DNA of 64,000 nt from Promethearchaeota archaeon (GCA_048940445.1 JBHLON010000003.1:32001-96000), one strand, 5' to 3'. Positions 1-10,071 are shown, counted from the stretch's first letter. A program made the numbers and translations. Notes: generated from the sequence alone by a model not told the origin.

Positions 1-184
1 ATATTTCAAGTGGCATCTGCTGATATTGTGTACTGAAGTTATATATGGATGAGAAAATAAAAATAGAAATAATATCAAAAAGAAATATTGAAAAAATATC
101 ATGTATTTGGCGAATTTCTGATTTTATATCTTTCTTAATTAGAGCAAAGAATAATTTAATTCTAAATGTAAATTTTATCCTCAT
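1..184 (-). CDS. ccmB: Heme exporter permease CcmB (N-terminal part, runs off window start)
   Basis: Not in ORF track. Manual translation from ATG at 184: MRIKFTFRIKLFFALIKKDIKSEIRQIHDIFSIFLFDII..., a CcmB-like 'ALxKKDxxxExR' start, directly downstream of ccmA. Confidence 0.75.
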   Translation of the reverse strand, partial: MRIKFTFRIKLFFALIKKDIKSEIRQIHDIFSIFLFDIISIFIFSSIYNFSTQYQQMPLEI

Positions 185-203
185 TTAATTCCCAACTATT
201 ATC

Positions 204-917
204 TTAAAAATATGTTTCTATTTCAAATTCTTCAAAATTCTCTTTTGTAATTACTTTATTAATCTTTCCCTTCTTTAAAACAATTAAATCATCACAAATT
301 TTGGTTAACACCTCTACTTTATGGGTTGTAAGAATTATCGTCAAATCATTACCTTTTCTCAATTTTTGGAGTAAATCTACTAATAACTCACTTGCTTTAA
401 AATCTAAACCGGAAAATGGTTCATCTAAGAATAAAATTGAAGGTTCAGGCATTAAGACTCTAATTATTTCAACCTTCTGTTTCATTCCGTGAGAAAGATT
501 CCGAATAGGTTCATCTAACCAATCTCGGATATCAAATAAATTTGTAAACTTTTCTATTTTACGATTAATCTGATCTTTATTAAAATTATAATGTAGGTTT
601 TCATAAAACTGTAGATTTTCATTGATTGTTAATTCTTCATAAAGAAAAGATTCTTCAGTAGTAATACCAATCGCATTTTTAATAAGACGTGGGTCTTCAT
701 CAAAATTGTGTCCTTGAATATAAACTTTTCCAGAGGTTGGATTCGTTAATCCTGATAAAATCTTAATTAATGTTGTTTTACCTGCTCCATTTGCTCCAGC
801 AACTCCAAAAGTTGTATTATTGATCACTTTGAATGAAATATTTTTCAATGCAAAGAAGTATCCAAATTGTTTTGAAATATTTTTACAGTTTATAATTACT
901 TTATTTTCAATAGCCAA
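204..917 (-). CDS. ccmA: Heme exporter ABC ATPase CcmA
   Basis: Walker A GANGAGKT, LSHGMKQ signature, LFLDEP Walker B; between ccmB and ccmF. Confidence 0.8.
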   Translation of the reverse strand: MAIENKVIINCKNISKQFGYFFALKNISFKVINNTTFGVAGANGAGKTTLIKILSGLTNPTSGKVYIQGHNFDEDPRLIKNAIGITTEESFLYEELTINENLQFYENLHYNFNKDQINRKIEKFTNLFDIRDWLDEPIRNLSHGMKQKVEIIRVLMPEPSILFLDEPFSGLDFKASELLVDLLQKLRKGNDLTIILTTHKVEVLTKICDDLIVLKKGKINKVITKENFEEFEIETYF

Positions 918-1027
918 ATTCTTCGACCTATTATCTTATATTTAATATAGGAGTAAGTTCCTAAATGAAGCAAGTTAATTATCTTAAATTTAAATTAGTA
1001 AATAAAAAAATTTTGCTATTTAAAAGA

Positions 1028-1360
1028 TTATTTAATTAATCTTTTTGTCTTTGAATTCAGCTATAGAATAAGAAGTATAATGGAAATAGCCGAAACCGTG
1101 CCAATTATTAATCCTAAGTCGAATCCTGATACTATTTCTTCTCCAGGATTTACTATATTCCCTGTACATGATACTATTGATAAATATCCAGTATTAGTTT
1201 GAGCTGAAGAGCTGGAGAGCTGAAATGGCAAGATGCCCCAGGAGGGCTTCCATTAAAATTATCAAAATAACTTGGGTAAGTAAAAGTATACCCAGTAAAT
1301 AGCATTAAAGGGTAGATAATAATCATAAAAGGTAAAATTATCCTCTTTTTATTATATCTT
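1028..1360 (-). pseudogene. Degraded secreted protein with a GASCH motif and Loki-CTERM-like anchor
   Basis: Manual translation: signal peptide, then YPSYFDNFNGSPPGASCH, a frameshift near 1210, then ...EEIVSGFDLGLIIGTVSAISIILLIL*LNSKTKRLIK*. Confidence 0.6.
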
Positions 1361-1499
1361 AAAGATCGCTCTTAATTTGTTAGGGTTATCTCAAACCTTT
1401 AAACTTATTTTTTAGAAAGATTTGTGAATTTAAACTATTGATGCAAAAATCGCAGCTAATTCCCAATAGTTTTTTAATAGTTGAAATTTAATTTTTTTA

Positions 1500-3206
1500 A
1501 TGAATTTTAATAAAAATTCCTTAAGATCAATTCTTATTTATGATTTTGTAATTATTATAACTATCGTTCTCATTATCCCAAATATATTAAACTTTGTTAG
1601 CTTAAATTTAAAAGTTCAAATATTATCTTATCTTGCCAACATCCTAATTATATTAAATATCTTATTTGTGATTGTAGATTTATTCTTTCTAATATGGAAG
1701 AGAGAAAATTATTTCTACCTTCCATCACTCAATATGACTCTATCAATTTCAATTTTCTTGCTTTTGGAATATTGTTTTGTAAATAATTATTATGATTTTG
1801 TGTATGTATGGAGTTATAGTGAATCAAGTTTAGCACTTGTTTATAAAATTGTTGCAATATGGGCAGGTCAAGCTGGTTCAATAATGACATGGATGGTGTT
1901 CAATTCTATAGTAATATTTTTTTATAGAATCAAAAATCAAGATAAAGAGGACAAAGTTTTCATTTGGTCAAGTATTTCTTCTATGCTAATATCTATTGTT
2001 TTTTTAATAATTCTATTTTCCCTTAATCCTTTTGAAGTTGAACCACCTGTATTATTTCCCAATGGCTTTGGACTTAATCCTTCCTTAATGTCTCCTTTTA
2101 TGATTTGGCATCCTTTTTTTACTTTTATAGCATATGCCATCTTTCTAATTCCATTTACAATTAGTATGACAGAAATTATAAAACCGCAATTTTCTTTAAA
2201 AAATCCATATCAACGGGCATTTTATAACTTCTCTTTAAAATTTGGATGGTTAGTTATTACACTAAGTATAGGTCTTGGTGCTTATTGGGCAAAAATCACT
2301 TCTAGTTGGGGTAGATATTGGGGTTGGGATCCAGTAGAGATTGTATCTCTTATTCCGTGGTTTTTTTGCACAGCTTTTTTTCATTCCAATCTATTTAAAG
2401 TAAAAAATGCAAAGATTATTAAAATGAATTCTATTTTGATCTTCCTTTCAATAATTTTTACAACACTGATAACAAGGGGAGGAGGATTAAGTTCGCTACA
2501 CGCATTTACAGGTGAAGGAGAACTAATTTTATGGGTTATAATAATTGGTATTATCCTATTAGTATTAGCATTATATGTGATTTATGAAGTGTTGAATTAC
2601 CTTTTCGAAGAATATCATAAAGTCAAAAGCCTTTTTGATTTATTAAGTTATCTCATTTTATTTTGTCTATCTTTTGTTTGCATTTTCGGCTTAATAATTC
2701 CTCCCTTAACTAGCTTCATATCTAATTTTATCGAAATAAACACGATATACCTTGGTTCAAACTTTTTTAGAATTCCAGCATTTTTATTAGCTATATTATT
2801 AGCAAGTACACTCATTTTCTGTTCTTTATGGGATATATATAAAGTAAAGTGGATTTTTATTACTATATTTATTATATTTTTTATTCAATTGACTATTTCA
2901 ATATTTTTACTATTTCTATTTAATATTTGGATTAATCCATTCATAGCTATCTGTTACTATGCTCTTGTGGCTTCGATATTTAAATTAATAAAGCAAACTG
3001 ACATTAAAATGGGATTTAATAAATTCTTTAGAATAAACTCAAAAACAATTATCCATGCTGGAATATCACTTATTTTAATTGGAAGTTTAATTAATGTTAG
3101 TTACGAAATTGCTCTAAGTATTTTTTACATTTCTGGATTTACATTTTTACTAATTGGGATAATTCCATCTATTTTTATAGTTTTTTTTATTAAAAATAAA
3201 CTTTAA
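1500..3206 (+). CDS. ccmF: Cytochrome c biogenesis protein CcmF (heme lyase)
   Basis: WWD-type motif WGRYWGWDPVE, WAGQAGS, GLNPSL...IWHP, SLHAF; multi-TM. Confidence 0.92.
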   Translation: MNFNKNSLRSILIYDFVIIITIVLIIPNILNFVSLNLKVQILSYLANILIILNILFVIVDLFFLIWKRENYFYLPSLNMTLSISIFLLLEYCFVNNYYDFVYVWSYSESSLALVYKIVAIWAGQAGSIMTWMVFNSIVIFFYRIKNQDKEDKVFIWSSISSMLISIVFLIILFSLNPFEVEPPVLFPNGFGLNPSLMSPFMIWHPFFTFIAYAIFLIPFTISMTEIIKPQFSLKNPYQRAFYNFSLKFGWLVITLSIGLGAYWAKITSSWGRYWGWDPVEIVSLIPWFFCTAFFHSNLFKVKNAKIIKMNSILIFLSIIFTTLITRGGGLSSLHAFTGEGELILWVIIIGIILLVLALYVIYEVLNYLFEEYHKVKSLFDLLSYLILFCLSFVCIFGLIIPPLTSFISNFIEINTIYLGSNFFRIPAFLLAILLASTLIFCSLWDIYKVKWIFITIFIIFFIQLTISIFLLFLFNIWINPFIAICYYALVASIFKLIKQTDIKMGFNKFFRINSKTIIHAGISLILIGSLINVSYEIALSIFYISGFTFLLIGIIPSIFIVFFIKNKL

Positions 3207-3266
3207 TCTATATCTCCTAGTGTTTCAAATAATTCTTTTTCTTTTTATAGTTAGATAAGGTCTTGA

Positions 3267-3312
3267 CTTTCGAGTTTAAACTTTTTTTAAAAAAATTGTT
3301 TCAGTTTGAAAC
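3267..3312. promoter_or_regulatory. Paired 15-bp palindromic operator
   Basis: CTTTCGAGTTTAAAC (3267-3281) and GTTTCAGTTTGAAAC (3298-3312), 31 bp apart, upstream of the 3473 operon. Confidence 0.6.
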
Positions 3313-3472
3313 TAAAGATTGATTGATTGTTTAAATTACTCAGTTTTGAAAAAAGTTAAAAATTGTTAAGTTTATAATAAAGTTAATTGCCAAACTTTTT
3401 TAAAATTTAAAAATAAGTTTTATTAAGGTTAATATCTGAAATATTGATCAAAAAAAATAATTAAAACTGCTA

Positions 3473-4342
3473 ATGATGTTGAATAAAAAAGTAATTGCAA
3501 TAATCTCAGCTTTTTTTCTAGTTGTTTTTGTCTCAATTTTTTTAAATGGAAGTGCTTTTCCGAGTTATAATCAACCTCATGAAAATTGTCATACTATTCC
3601 GGGAGGTTATTCAATTGAAACTAATATAACTACCTCAAATTCTGTCAACGCTTCATCTATTATTTCATTCAGCATTACAGCTACTGGTTCGAATTTGTTC
3701 ATTCAAGCACCTCCAGATGCTAAACAAAATAATGACTTTACTATTAACCCTACCACCACTAGAATATTAGATAATTCTGTATACGACTTAGATTCTGCTC
3801 TGAATGCAATGACGGTTATATTTAATATAACAGCTCCTTCAGAAGATGGATATTATATTATTCTCATCTTAGCTGGAGATAATTCTGTTTCTGGTAGTCC
3901 GCCTCCTTTCGATTATATAGATATAGCATTTAGTATTGGGGGTGAACTCCCACCAGCTCCAACAATAGATATATTTAATCATTTTGGAATCTATATGGGA
4001 TTGACTGCCTTATTGATATTATCTGTAAGTACAATTTTAGTTTTAATAAATGAGAATAAATTTGTGAAGATCCACGGTATTCTAGCTGGGGTTTCATGGG
4101 GTTTAACCCTTACAAATGTCATATCGCTAGCAATTTTAAATTCTGCAATCTGGACATCATTTTCATTTGGAATCCATTGGCCTCATATAATATTAGGAGG
4201 AGCTGGATTAGTTACCGGGTTCCTCAGTATGTTGTATGGGATCGCAGCAGAGCGAAAGAATGCAAAATTAACTGGCTATATAACTTTAATTTGCTGGTGG
4301 GCTGCTTTCTTTTCTGGCTTTTTAATGGTTCCATTATTTTAA
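3473..4342 (+). CDS. Membrane protein: signal peptide, HENCH motif, extracellular beta domain, 4-TM His-containing (cytochrome b-like) C-terminus
   Basis: AFPSYNQPHENCH after the signal peptide; TM His residues in KIHGIL and HWPHIIL. Confidence 0.55.
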   Translation: MMLNKKVIAIISAFFLVVFVSIFLNGSAFPSYNQPHENCHTIPGGYSIETNITTSNSVNASSIISFSITATGSNLFIQAPPDAKQNNDFTINPTTTRILDNSVYDLDSALNAMTVIFNITAPSEDGYYIILILAGDNSVSGSPPPFDYIDIAFSIGGELPPAPTIDIFNHFGIYMGLTALLILSVSTILVLINENKFVKIHGILAGVSWGLTLTNVISLAILNSAIWTSFSFGIHWPHIILGGAGLVTGFLSMLYGIAAERKNAKLTGYITLICWWAAFFSGFLMVPLF

Positions 4343-4360
4343 AAAAAGGTGATAAATAAA

Positions 4361-5863
4361 ATGAATTATTCTAATACTAAAGAATTGAATAGTGAAACTA
4401 ATATAGAAGATCAGGAATTTGAGAGAAAAAAAGATAAACAGAATTTTGAAGAGGTACTGAAGGAGTTTATATCTCCTTATCATGTTAGCTCTAATCCTTA
4501 TGAGCTCGAATCTGCATCAGCAGATCTAACTTCACTTCCCTCATATCATTATAAATTCAAAAAAAGTTATTTAGCTAATTTACTTGTTCGTCCTGCAGAT
4601 ACTGCTAGTCTTTCAAAAGTAATAGAAAAATGTAGGGAACGAAATATTCCAGTTACAGTAAGAGCTGCTGGAACATCATGCTTTTCTTCAGCTACTCCCT
4701 CAAAAGGTGGTGTAATAATAGATACAAGGAGACTAAACATGATCCATAATATTGATAAAGATAATATGACAGTTAAAGTAGGGTCTGGTATATCTTGGTT
4801 AAATTTAATTGAAAAACTTGCTGATTATGGTCTCGCACCTAAATGTTATCCTACAAGCTTTAAAACATCATGTGTAGGAGGTTTTATCGCTACTCCAGGA
4901 ACAGCTGGTATAGGAGTATTAAAATATGGAACAATGAAAGATTCAATTATAAATTTAAAACTAGTCCTGCCAGATGGAAAAATCATATCCCTTTCCAAGG
5001 ATTCTAACGGAATGTTTACACTCGAAGATGCATGTGGAACTTATGGGATTTACGGTGCTATAGCTGAGGTTGAATTATCTCTAACTACTTTAAAAACCTC
5101 CCTAGAGATAGTTGGTTATGGGTTTAAATCGATTCATGAAGCGGTCGAATTTTATCAAAATTTGAAAAATGATTCAAATAAACCATTCTTTATATCTATT
5201 TCAGAACGAAAGTTTGAAATATATTCTCATGTTAATTTCCCTGATCAAGATTGGTTAGTTTGGGCTGTCTTTTACGACGATCCAGAGATAACATCTCAAT
5301 GTGTATCTGCATCTGAACGATATGCTTCTGAATTAAATGGAGTGGTAGTCGATAAATCATATTTAAAAGAAAAATGGCGTGATATCAGTGATGCAGAAGT
5401 AGCGATAGGAAGATCAAGTAGAAATTTAATTTTTCAAGAATATTGGATCGCTGATAAGAGATTAGAGTCATTTATCCAAAAATATCTCAACCAAGATAAT
5501 AAATACAAATTTCCAACAGCTTTATATACAATTTCAGGACCTTTAGGGTGGAGTAGGGTGAAAGTTTTTGGATTATCTGATATTGAAAAAACTAGTGAAT
5601 TTTTCACTGTAAAGGCGTTTTTACATGATCTCTCAATTCAGGCATTTGCTCAAGGTGATAGAGTATATACAATAGGAATTGTAAACACGTTTTATTTGTT
5701 TAAATATAGACCACAGTTAGTCTCGAAAATGAAAAAATTAAAAAATTTTCTAGATCCAAAGGATTTATTTAATTCTTATCGAATAGTAAATACTAGATTA
5801 AAATTCTGGAGAATATCATTATTGTTTAATACTGCGAAATTGTTGTATAAAATTTTTAAATAA
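4361..5863 (+). CDS. FAD-linked oxidoreductase (GlcD/D-lactate dehydrogenase, VAO fold)
   Basis: VRP...IPVTVRAAGTS, PTSFKTSCVGGFI, GTYGIYGAI, LDPKDLFN; ATG 4361 follows GGTGA SD (track start 4349). Confidence 0.8.
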   Translation: MNYSNTKELNSETNIEDQEFERKKDKQNFEEVLKEFISPYHVSSNPYELESASADLTSLPSYHYKFKKSYLANLLVRPADTASLSKVIEKCRERNIPVTVRAAGTSCFSSATPSKGGVIIDTRRLNMIHNIDKDNMTVKVGSGISWLNLIEKLADYGLAPKCYPTSFKTSCVGGFIATPGTAGIGVLKYGTMKDSIINLKLVLPDGKIISLSKDSNGMFTLEDACGTYGIYGAIAEVELSLTTLKTSLEIVGYGFKSIHEAVEFYQNLKNDSNKPFFISISERKFEIYSHVNFPDQDWLVWAVFYDDPEITSQCVSASERYASELNGVVVDKSYLKEKWRDISDAEVAIGRSSRNLIFQEYWIADKRLESFIQKYLNQDNKYKFPTALYTISGPLGWSRVKVFGLSDIEKTSEFFTVKAFLHDLSIQAFAQGDRVYTIGIVNTFYLFKYRPQLVSKMKKLKNFLDPKDLFNSYRIVNTRLKFWRISLLFNTAKLLYKIFK

Positions 5864-5994
5864 AATCTTCAAAAAGCAGTCAGGATGGAGGTCATTCATA
5901 AAAAATCAATTCAAATAAAATATAACAATTAGACTTAATTAATTATAAAAATATGATTTATATAATATTGTTTAAAATAAGGAGAAAGAGTTAA

Positions 5995-7362
5995 ATGAGC
6001 GAAGGTAAAGAAAAAGATGATATAAGAAATGTAATTACAACAGGTCCTCCGGTAGCTGGTTTAGTGTCACCATCTAAAGAAAATTTAATAGAACCTAAGA
6101 GTAAAAGAAAAGAGGAAAAATATTCTTATGAACGCTGTACTCATTGTGGATATTGTCGACATGTTTGTAGGGTTTATAATACCTCCTGGTCTGAAACAGA
6201 TTATGCAGGTGGACGGAATAGGATTATTAAAGCCCTTGATAGCCACGATATCAAATTTGATAATGAAAAAATAATACCTTCAGTATTTCGTTGTATGCTT
6301 TGTGGTAATTGTAGAGTCGTCTGTCCCGTTGGAATTGATACTTTAGAAGTTTTTCAGACTTTTCGGAAAGCGGTAGTACGGAAAGGTGCTATACCTCCTA
6401 AACTAATAACGCTAAAAAATTCAATTATTGAAAATAATAACCCGTTTTTAGAAAAGCATATTGATAGATTTAATTGGTGTGACGCTTGTGAAGAAGGAAA
6501 AGAAGCATATGAAAGAGCAAAACAAGAATTAGAATCAATAAAGGCTGAAGTCGACTTGGAAGTTCCTAAACGTATACCGGGTAAAGTAGGGTATTTCGTT
6601 GGATGTACTTCTTCCTATAGAAATAAAGAACTGGTAACTGCGACAAGCCAGGTTTTAGCAAAACTCGGAGTTAAATTTGTACTTTTTCCAGAAGAAAGAT
6701 GCTGTGGCTCAGTCTTATTTAGAACTGGGCTTGAAGATGAGGCTCTTGAACTTGTAAAACATAATTACAGAACTATTCTAGAAAGTGGAGTATCTGAATT
6801 AGTATTTTCTTGTTCCGGATGTTTTTCCACATTCACTCTTGAATATACTAAATATGCTGGTCATAAACTTGAATTTGATCTTTATCATCTAACACAATAT
6901 GTGTTAAAGACTGTGAAAGAAAAGAATTTAAAAATTCGATATACAAAGCGCACAAAAGATGATCCCTTACTAATTACATATCATGATCCTTGCCATCTAG
7001 GCAGATATTGTGGAGTTTATGAAGAACCAAGAGAACTTATAAATATGATTGAAGGTATAAAATTATTCGAAATGAAGCATAATCGAGATATGTCATGGTG
7101 CTGTGGAGCAGGTGGTGGTGTAAAAGCGTTATATGGTGAAATTGCTGGTGAGATTGGGAGAGATAGATTAACTGAAACTCGTACTTGCATGGTAAGAATA
7201 CGAGAGGATCGTCTAAAGGAAGCATTAGAAACTAATGCTGAAGTTCTTGTGAGCTCCTGTGTTTTTTGTAAAAACAATTTGTTTGAAGTTGCAACTGAAG
7301 ATAACTCACCTATAAAAGTCATGGATATTTCACAACTTCTAAACGATTGTGAATTCTATTAA
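5995..7362 (+). CDS. Fe-S oxidoreductase, GlcF/HdrD-like (2x[4Fe-4S] plus two CCG domains)
   Basis: CTHCGYCRHVC, CMLCGNCRVVCP, YFVGC, ERCCG, YHDPCHLGR, WCCGAGGG, SSCVFC. Confidence 0.88.
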   Translation: MSEGKEKDDIRNVITTGPPVAGLVSPSKENLIEPKSKRKEEKYSYERCTHCGYCRHVCRVYNTSWSETDYAGGRNRIIKALDSHDIKFDNEKIIPSVFRCMLCGNCRVVCPVGIDTLEVFQTFRKAVVRKGAIPPKLITLKNSIIENNNPFLEKHIDRFNWCDACEEGKEAYERAKQELESIKAEVDLEVPKRIPGKVGYFVGCTSSYRNKELVTATSQVLAKLGVKFVLFPEERCCGSVLFRTGLEDEALELVKHNYRTILESGVSELVFSCSGCFSTFTLEYTKYAGHKLEFDLYHLTQYVLKTVKEKNLKIRYTKRTKDDPLLITYHDPCHLGRYCGVYEEPRELINMIEGIKLFEMKHNRDMSWCCGAGGGVKALYGEIAGEIGRDRLTETRTCMVRIREDRLKEALETNAEVLVSSCVFCKNNLFEVATEDNSPIKVMDISQLLNDCEFY

Positions 7363-7395
7363 AAGAAAATTTTAATACACTTTTTCTTTTTCATC

Positions 7396-9459
7396 TTAAA
7401 TCAATTCAGGGATAATTTTCAGCTTCTTATTTTTTAAATGTAATTTTTTCAGTAAAGAAAGAACTGTTATCGATTTGGGTAAATCTGTTAAATCGTTGCT
7501 ACTTAACCATAATTGTTCCATTTCATTAAGTAAGCAGATTGATTCTGGGATAGTTCTCAGCTTATTATCATCTAAGTTTAAAAATTTTAAATCTCGAATT
7601 AATCCTATAGATTCAGGAAGCCAGATTAGCTGATTATTATTCAATCTTAAGACTTTTAAAGATTTTAAGTTCCCTATAGACTCTGGTAGCACAGATAAGT
7701 CATTCCAGGATAAATCCAGTGTTTCTAGTGAATAATGAAGATTGATTGAATCGGGGATTTTAATCAATTTATTGTTCATTAGGTATAGATGTTTAATAGA
7801 TTTTAATAACCAAATTGATGTAGGTAATAATTCCAATTTATTCCATCCCAATTTTAATGTCTCTAATGATTTGAGAGTCCCAAATACATCTGGCAAATTT
7901 TTTAATTTATTTTCTTCTACATTTAGGTACTTTAATGAAGTAAATAAATTTAAAGTAGAAGGGAGGTAAGTTAAAAGATTTTTCTCAAGATTAAGAGTTT
8001 GGAGTGATCTTAGTAGGCCAATCGATTCAGGTAGAATTTGTATCCTATTTGAACTTAAAATTAAATTCCTTAAAGAATTAAGATTACCGATGGAATCAGG
8101 AATTCGTTCTAATTTATTTCCTTTTAAGTCTAAGTACTCTAAAGAAGAAAGGTAACCTATTGAATTAGGTAATTCAGTTAGTTGATTATCTGATAAACTT
8201 AAGGATTCTAGCTTATAAAGTGCACCAATTGAAACTGGTAATTTTTTCAGTTTATTTTTATTCAAGTTTAACATCTTTAAAGAGGTGAGTTGCTCAATGT
8301 TTTTAGGTAAAGTACTAAGATTATTTCCTTCTAGATCCAGAATTTCTAAATTTTTAAAAGTATAAATTGTCTCAGGGAGGGTATAAATATTGCAATTTTT
8401 TAAAATAAGGTGTTTTATTGACCTGAAATTTTCAATACAGCTTGATAGAGTAACAATAGATTTTCCCTCAATAAGTAACTTGATTACTTCACCTTTTTGC
8501 ACTCCATATTGTAATTGAGGATTTTTCTTTTTCAAGTAACAAATAGTAATAAAATTTCTTAAAATATCAGATAACTTTGAAATCGAAATATTATCAATTG
8601 AAGCATATAAAATTAATAGCTCTTTAATTGAATTTACAAATTTTTTATCTTCAATTTTTTCAATTTGGTAAATCAAAGTCTTCTTTGCCACATCATTATT
8701 AAGTCTTTCTAAAGCTTTAATTAAAGCAATGTAACAATTGAAGGTTAAGTCGTTATTTAAAGCCCATTTCAGAGAAAAGAATTTAATTTCTTTTAGATTT
8801 TTTAGATTTCTCATCCCTGCTATATCAGTAGTATCTTTTAGTAATTCCCTATACCTCCAATTTATAACAAGATCATCAACTTCAGAGAAATCTAATTTAA
8901 TGATTAAACCATCTTTTAAAGTGTATTTGAGTTTTTTGAATTTCTTTAATAAAGAAAAAATAGTTGCATGATTAATTAGAATTTCTGCTAAATCTTGAGT
9001 ACTATAATTATAGATCAACTTATTTTTAAAGAGAACTGATAAATTCTTTTTAAATTGCTCTGTCTCTATCTTTTCAATTTCATTAATTAGAAGATTATTT
9101 ACCTCTATATCCTTAATCTTCATTAGAGATTTAAGGATTGTGATTAGACAATTATAGCAAGATTCATGTTGAAGAACCCATAAGAAAGGCTTTAACGCCT
9201 TCTCTTTAAATTTATTCTTTATCACTCTTGCAGCAGCATGTCTTAGATTCTCATTTGAGTCAGAAATTAAAATATTCTCCAATATTTGAAATACTCCATT
9301 ATGTTTAATGTCAATTTTATTTAAGATTTCAATAGATTCCTTCCTTATATTGTCATCATCAATATTTTCAATGATATCAATTAATAAATCTATGAATTTA
9401 GTTTTTCCGATATTTTGCCCCCTATAATCATTATATATTGCGCTAGGTTGTAAATTCAT
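7396..9459 (-). CDS. HEAT-repeat plus leucine-rich repeat protein
   Basis: About 15 consecutive 23-aa LPxSIGxLxSLxxLxLxxNxL repeats; N-terminal HEAT-like LRHAAARVI. Confidence 0.9.
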   Translation of the reverse strand: MNLQPSAIYNDYRGQNIGKTKFIDLLIDIIENIDDDNIRKESIEILNKIDIKHNGVFQILENILISDSNENLRHAAARVIKNKFKEKALKPFLWVLQHESCYNCLITILKSLMKIKDIEVNNLLINEIEKIETEQFKKNLSVLFKNKLIYNYSTQDLAEILINHATIFSLLKKFKKLKYTLKDGLIIKLDFSEVDDLVINWRYRELLKDTTDIAGMRNLKNLKEIKFFSLKWALNNDLTFNCYIALIKALERLNNDVAKKTLIYQIEKIEDKKFVNSIKELLILYASIDNISISKLSDILRNFITICYLKKKNPQLQYGVQKGEVIKLLIEGKSIVTLSSCIENFRSIKHLILKNCNIYTLPETIYTFKNLEILDLEGNNLSTLPKNIEQLTSLKMLNLNKNKLKKLPVSIGALYKLESLSLSDNQLTELPNSIGYLSSLEYLDLKGNKLERIPDSIGNLNSLRNLILSSNRIQILPESIGLLRSLQTLNLEKNLLTYLPSTLNLFTSLKYLNVEENKLKNLPDVFGTLKSLETLKLGWNKLELLPTSIWLLKSIKHLYLMNNKLIKIPDSINLHYSLETLDLSWNDLSVLPESIGNLKSLKVLRLNNNQLIWLPESIGLIRDLKFLNLDDNKLRTIPESICLLNEMEQLWLSSNDLTDLPKSITVLSLLKKLHLKNKKLKIIPELI

Positions 9460-9565
9460 TTTACCATTAATTCCTGTTAATTTAATAGAAAGAAAAATAG
9501 ATAAAATTTCAAAAAAAAAATTTCTATTCTAGCTCCATTCCAATCATAAAGTTAACTTTGAATCT

Positions 9566-9760
9566 CTAACGCATCTCAACGTTCATTAAACTAGAATAAA
9601 GCTCTTTTCCTTTATTATCTGCTATGGAGAATTTTAGATGGGGTGTTCCAGCTAATAATAAACTAAAATATTGATCAACATTTGCTTTTCCATCAATTTC
9701 AAATGTTGGAATAGATAATTTTTCTTCTAATTCCAGTTCCATAGATATTGCTTCGACCAT
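9566..9760 (-). CDS. Small hypothetical protein (64 aa)
   Basis: ATG start, protein-like composition, own promoter region with palindromes. Confidence 0.55.
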   Translation of the reverse strand: MVEAISMELELEEKLSIPTFEIDGKANVDQYFSLLLAGTPHLKFSIADNKGKELYSSLMNVEMR

Positions 9761-9878
9761 ATTTTATCATCTTTTTGTTTTTAGTTTGCATTAATCTATT
9801 TTATCTAAACTAAAATTCTCCTTGAAAATATTTAAATATATCGGTTATTGGTTAATTTAAACAACTGAATCCTTTATT

Positions 9879-9923
9879 GTTTCAATTCTAAACAATTTTA
9901 ACTAAATAGTTTCAATTTAAAAG
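9879..9923. promoter_or_regulatory. Paired 15-bp palindromic operator
   Basis: GTTTCAATTCTAAAC (9879-9893) and GTTTCAATTTAAAAG (9909-9923), 30 bp apart; weaker third site at 9848-9862. Confidence 0.55.
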
Positions 9924-10071
9924 ATAAAAAATACTTGAATTTTTCTTTTCATCAAAAATTAAGGTGTTCAAACGATCGGATCCCAACAATTTTAAGATTT
10001 TTTGATCATTCTCCTAAATTTTAAACGAAAATGGTTACCCATTTCTTATAAAATATAAGTATTCGATAATT

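Noticed and set aside
1390-1435. Additional paired palindrome upstream of ccmF (and similarly at 41348/41378)
   Set aside because: Spacing fits (31 and 30 bp) but only half-sites match; indistinguishable from TATA-like AT-rich sequence by eye
9975-10015. Vestigial eukaryote-like SECIS downstream of the hdr-mvhD operon (minus strand ATGA...AA...GA)
   Set aside because: Stem pairing is poor and the 3' arm is too short; no in-frame TGA upstream
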